A stretch of 62,934 nt of DNA, the filler included, from Thraustochytrium aureum (lineage: Eukaryota): the NCBI GenBank assembly GCA_012862495.1. It is 5 parts of 3 records of this genome, joined end to end, with 100 filler letters (N's around TTAATTAATTAA, not from the genome) between each part and the next. Parts side by side here need not be neighbours in the genome. Positions count along the whole stretch, not along the records: positions 59,208 to 62,934 come from BLSG01000182.1; 4 more parts are not named here. The stretch is one strand, 5' to 3'. The notes below the pieces were generated by a model that was not told the origin of the DNA, did no database searches, and was given only the letters and a program-made list of their open reading frames with translations. Made by a program: the position numbers and the translations under genes. Below are positions 59,208 through 62,934 of this stretch, one piece after another (the stretch's first letter is position 1; the number at the start of each line of letters is the position of its first letter).

Positions 59208-61091
59208 CGCAAGCGCATGTTTCTGAATCCCGTGATCGAAAAGTATCCGCACCTCGAGCAGCAATACTTGTCGGTGATCAAGCAGCCGATGGACCTCCAG
59301 ACCATCGAGGAGAAGATCCAGATGGCAAAGTACGCCACCGTTGACGGATGCGCGCCGACTTGCACCTCATCGCCGACAACGCGCTGGCGTTCAACGGGCC
59401 GCAGAATGTTATCACTCAAACCGCGATGAGCATCATGAAGGTCAAGGCAGAGTCGCACCTCGAGTCTGCCAGATCGATGATCGAGAACGCAAAGCGCGCT
59501 GCGCGGCGTGAGGAGGACGAACGCGAAAAGAAGCTGCAAGAGCAGGCGGCCAAGGCGGCGGAGCAGTTGGCGGCGCTGGAGGCGGCGGTCAAAAGCGCCG
59601 AGCTGGAGACGCCTGCCGAGACGCCGGAAGAGGCGCGCCAGCGACGGGAAGCCGAGGCGGAAGAGGTTCGGCGCCAAGAGCTGGAGGAGGAGAACGCGCG
59701 CCTTTGCAAGCTGGAGGCCACAACGCGCCACGCGCGCGCCATCAGCGACGCGGCCATGATCCTGGCGAGCGGCTTTACCGTCAACGCCTTCACCGGCTTG
59801 TTGTGGTACTATTTGGGCGAGGACGTGGTGCGCAAGGAGGGCCTGCCGCGGCTGGCCCCAAACACCCGCAATATCGCCTGGCTCCTGCAAACCGCCGGGA
59901 AGGCGCACGAGCTGGCCTGTGTTGCGCAGCGTGGCGGGCAGCGTTACCATCCCTGAACTCTCGCCTCGCTTTGACAAGGTTGTGCTCCCGTCGTATGCGT
60001 GCATGCTCCTGGATAGTGCAGAGTACCGCACGGCAAAGGCTGACGCGGACGGCCTCGTCGAGGTGGACAAGCTCGACGCTGCGCTGCTTGACTGGTGCAA
60101 GGAGGACTGGCTCGCGCGCAACGCGGTGCTTCACTACTTCACAGACCGCGTTTGCCAGCGTGACCAAGCCATGATTGTCCCCGTGCTGGCGGTGGTCCGC
60201 GAGCTGGGCGCCGCGGCGACCGACCATCCGGCGTTCCTGCACTCGCTGGCCACCAGCTTTTACATCTCTTCGCAGAATCCCTCGAGTGACTCTGGCCAAG
60301 GCGCGCACAAGTATCAAAAGCACACTGTGTCGCAGTCGATCGGGGGCAACCCGCGCGTCCAGCTTCCGCCGCTCCCTCCGCACATTGTGCTGGACACGAT
60401 TTCGACCGTTTTCCTGCCGGCGGTGCTCCGCGCGGCGCCGCTGGAGACGCCCATCGCCACTACCGCCCGCGCGCACTCACACCTGTTGCGGGTCCTCACC
60501 TTGGAAATTACACTCAGCAGCTCGACGCCAGCAGAGTTGCTTCGGTTTTGCCGCACCGCCGTCGTGTCGCTCGCGGGCGCCTCGACCTCGCCCGACCCTG
60601 ACGCTGTCTCTGGAGCCGCCGCGTCTGACCGAGACGCAGGGCAGCAGCTCGAGTCTGACCGAGACGCAGGGCAGCAGCTCGAGTCTGACCGAGACGCAGG
60701 GCAGCAGCTCGAGACCGAGGAGAAGACGGCGCAGCGAGTTCTCGCCTCTGCAGAGCTCAAGGATGTGATCAATCGCAGATACTGCGACCCTGCCTTTGAC
60801 CGCGCCCGCAAGCAGTACGAGAAGCTGTTCCAGCGGTTTCCGGCCTTTCGCACGCAGTGCGGCCTGCCACCTCGCATGCAAGGCAAGCTGGGCATGGGGT
60901 TGCCCTCGCCCTCGCCCTCGCCTTCGCCGTTTATTACGCCCTCGCCCTCGCCGTCGGCGCCCTCGCCTTTTAACGGGGGCGGATCTGTTGGCGGCAGGGG
61001 CGGTGGGTCTTCTCCGGGCCCGGGGCTGGGGACCTCGCCGCGGAAGAGGGCTCTCGAGCAGATGTTGGACTCCTCGTCCGGGGTTGCCTGA
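59208..61091 (+). CDS. Bromodomain-containing NELF-B/COBRA1-like protein; 5' part missing, frameshifts near 59347 and 59930
   Basis: Bromodomain FLNPV...YLSVIKQPMDLQTIEEKI...Y....MRADLHLIADNALAFN; then AISDAAMILASGFTVNAF...VRKEGLPR..P...LL, VLPSYACMLLD, LHY...QRD, FLHSL, colinear with NELF-B motifs as I recall them. Confidence 0.7.
60622..60713 (+). repeat. 30-bp coding tandem repeat x3 (SDRDAGQQLE)
   Basis: gtctgaccgagacgcagggcagcagctcga x3. Confidence 0.92.
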
Positions 61092-61763
61092 CTCTGATGC
61101 TCTTTTAATTGCACGGAGTCAGCNNNNNNNNNNNNNNNNNNNNNNNNNNNNNNNNNNNNNNNNNNNNNNNNNNNNNNNNNNNNNNNNNNNNNNNNNNNNN
61201 NNNNNNNNNNNNNNNNNNNNNNNNNNNNNNNNNNNNNNNNNNNNNNNNNNNNNNNNNNNNNNNNNNNNNNNNNNNNNNNNNNNNNNNNNNNNNNNNNNNN
61301 NNNNNNNNNNNNNNNNNNNNNNNNNNNNNNNNNNNNNNNNNNNNNNNNNNNNNNNNNNNNNNNNNNNNNNNNNNNNNNNNNNNNNNNNNNNNNNNNNNNN
61401 NNNNNNNNNNNNNNNNNNNNNNNNNNNNNNNNNNNNNNNNNNNNNNNNNNNNNNNNNNNNNNNNNNNNNNNNNNNNNNNNNNNNNNNNNNNNNNNNNNNN
61501 NNNNNNNNNNNNNNNNNNNNNNNNNNNNNNNNNNNNNNNNNNNNNNNNNNNNNNNNNNNNNNNNNNNNNNNNNNNNNNNNNNNNNNNNNNNNNNNNNNNN
61601 NNNNNNNNNNNNNNNNNNNNNNNNNNNNNNNNNNNNNNNNNNNNNNNNNNNNNNNNNNNNNNNNNNNNNNNNNNNNNNNNNNNNNNNNNNNNNNNNNNNN
61701 NNNNNNNNNNNNNNNNNNNNNNNNNNNNNNNNNNNNNNNNNNNNNNNNNNNNNNNNNNNNNNN

Positions 61764-62653
61764 TGCACTTCGCGGTGCGCCGCCAGCTCTATTGCTCCAG
61801 CGCCGCTCGCCAGCTTGAGCGTGTCGCCCTCAAGCGTGATCGCGGTTAGTGACTCGAGGATTGCGGAGACGCGCGTCTCGACGGGCAGCAGATCCGAAGG
61901 TGGCATCATGCGCGTGCTTCGGCATACGCCCGCCGCGCCGTGCGGTGCGTCCTGATGAATTGGGACGCTAATCGTGTTCGCGACGCGTGCGCTTGCAAAC
62001 CCTTCCTTCGTGTCGATGCTGAACTTGACGTCTGGGAGGCTGGTTCCCTGGGGAGCTTGCTCAAGCAGGGCGGCTGCAGGTATCACCCAATCGCCGTTCA
62101 CCGACGTGCGGCTCGACGCTGCGCCCGTCTCGAATGCGTCTGCAGCTGGGGCCGGCTGGACGCTGGAAATGCGCGCGCGGGAGGGCCCCGTCGAGAAGGA
62201 GACTAACGGGTACAGGGCCCCCCCTAGGTCGGCCTCGCCCCCCGAGAGCCCGGTGAGCTCGAACGCTTTCCCGAGTCCTTGTCCGTTCAGGCTGTAGTGG
62301 ATGGTGAGCGTACCGTCCGCGCCGAGCTCGGCGCGTATCCCCACCTTGTCGCCGGTTTGCGGGCGGGGCCCGAACCTCTGTCGCATGAGCGCCCCGCCGT
62401 CGCTCAGGTTGCCTCCAAACAGAAACCCTTTGCAGCTCCACCCGGGGCCAAACTTGCTCTCGGGGGCTAGCCCAACCCACACGTCGCTGCCTTCGAGCAC
62501 CTCCACCTGGTAGCACTGCGGCCCGCTGCCGGCCTTGACGCCCGGGTTTTCTTTCCAGAGCGCGTTGAACTTGGTCGACTGCGTGGCCTTCTCCTTGACG
62601 CCAACCAGGTCTCCCTGCGCCTCGACCTTGCCGCTCGAATCCACGACCCACAT
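61764..62653 (-). CDS. SPRY-like domain fused to a META/HslJ-like domain; 3' end in gap
   Basis: YQVEV...WVGLA, GDKVGI, YSLNGQGLGKAF, LYPLVS (SPRY); GDW...ARVANTI...STRMMPPSDLLPVETRVSAILESLTAITLEGDTLKL (META). Confidence 0.7.
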
Positions 62654-62934
62654 TGCTGCACTTGCTGCTGCTGCTGCTGCTGCACTTGCTGCTGTTTGCA
62701 CTTGCAGTTGCTACACTCGCTGCTGGTCTTCGCGCGGCGTATCCACGAAGGGCGCCGACTCGCCAGGTCCAGAACACGAGCAAAAGACCCTGCAGGCCGC
62801 CTCCCAGCGCAGCGCCGCTTTCCGACTCTCCTGCAAGTTGTTCCGCTGCGGATGCCGCTCTGTGCTGATCGTTGGTGCAGTTGCTGGGCTGCTCCGTTGC
62901 GAGTCTGCTGGTCACGATCATGAATGATCCATCG

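Noticed and set aside
56225..60713. Repeat arrays as CRISPR (24-bp array at 56225, 30-bp array at 60622; also the 31-bp pair at 11192)
   Set aside because: Head-to-tail repeats with no unique spacers, no cas genes and a eukaryotic context.

Overview
GC-rich, gene-dense, intron-poor EUKARYOTIC draft sequence. It has short GTAAGT...CTGAC...AG introns and carries UPF1, Miro, alpha-SNAP and kinesin genes. The style suggests a heterotrophic stramenopile such as a thraustochytrid, but that is inference only. The window is not one contiguous locus: four artificial N-TTAATTAATTAA-N linkers (28563, 40939, 47739, 59152) join five scaffolds. There are many N gaps and single-base frameshifts that look like sequencing errors. 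About 27 protein-coding genes or fragments and one intron-containing tRNA-Gly(TCC) are supportable. I saw no prokaryote-type system (CRISPR, operon, integrase). The notable signals are unusual domain architectures: (1) a probable NELF-B/COBRA1 pausing-factor subunit carrying a bromodomain; (2) a SNAP-25-type Qbc-SNARE with a PH domain in its linker; (3) a PARN deadenylase ending in an NLS plus CaaX box; (4) RAD18 with WW-like, NZF and PIP-like modules and no visible UBZ; (5) SDE2 with inserted CCCH and SPRY domains; (6) a giant kinesin-3 with about 1,200 aa of coiled coil and a PH-like end; (7) a SPRY-META fusion; (8) a probably GPI-anchored sulfatase; (9) a SAXO-like Mn-motif protein. All family calls come from motif recognition by eye, not from database searches.
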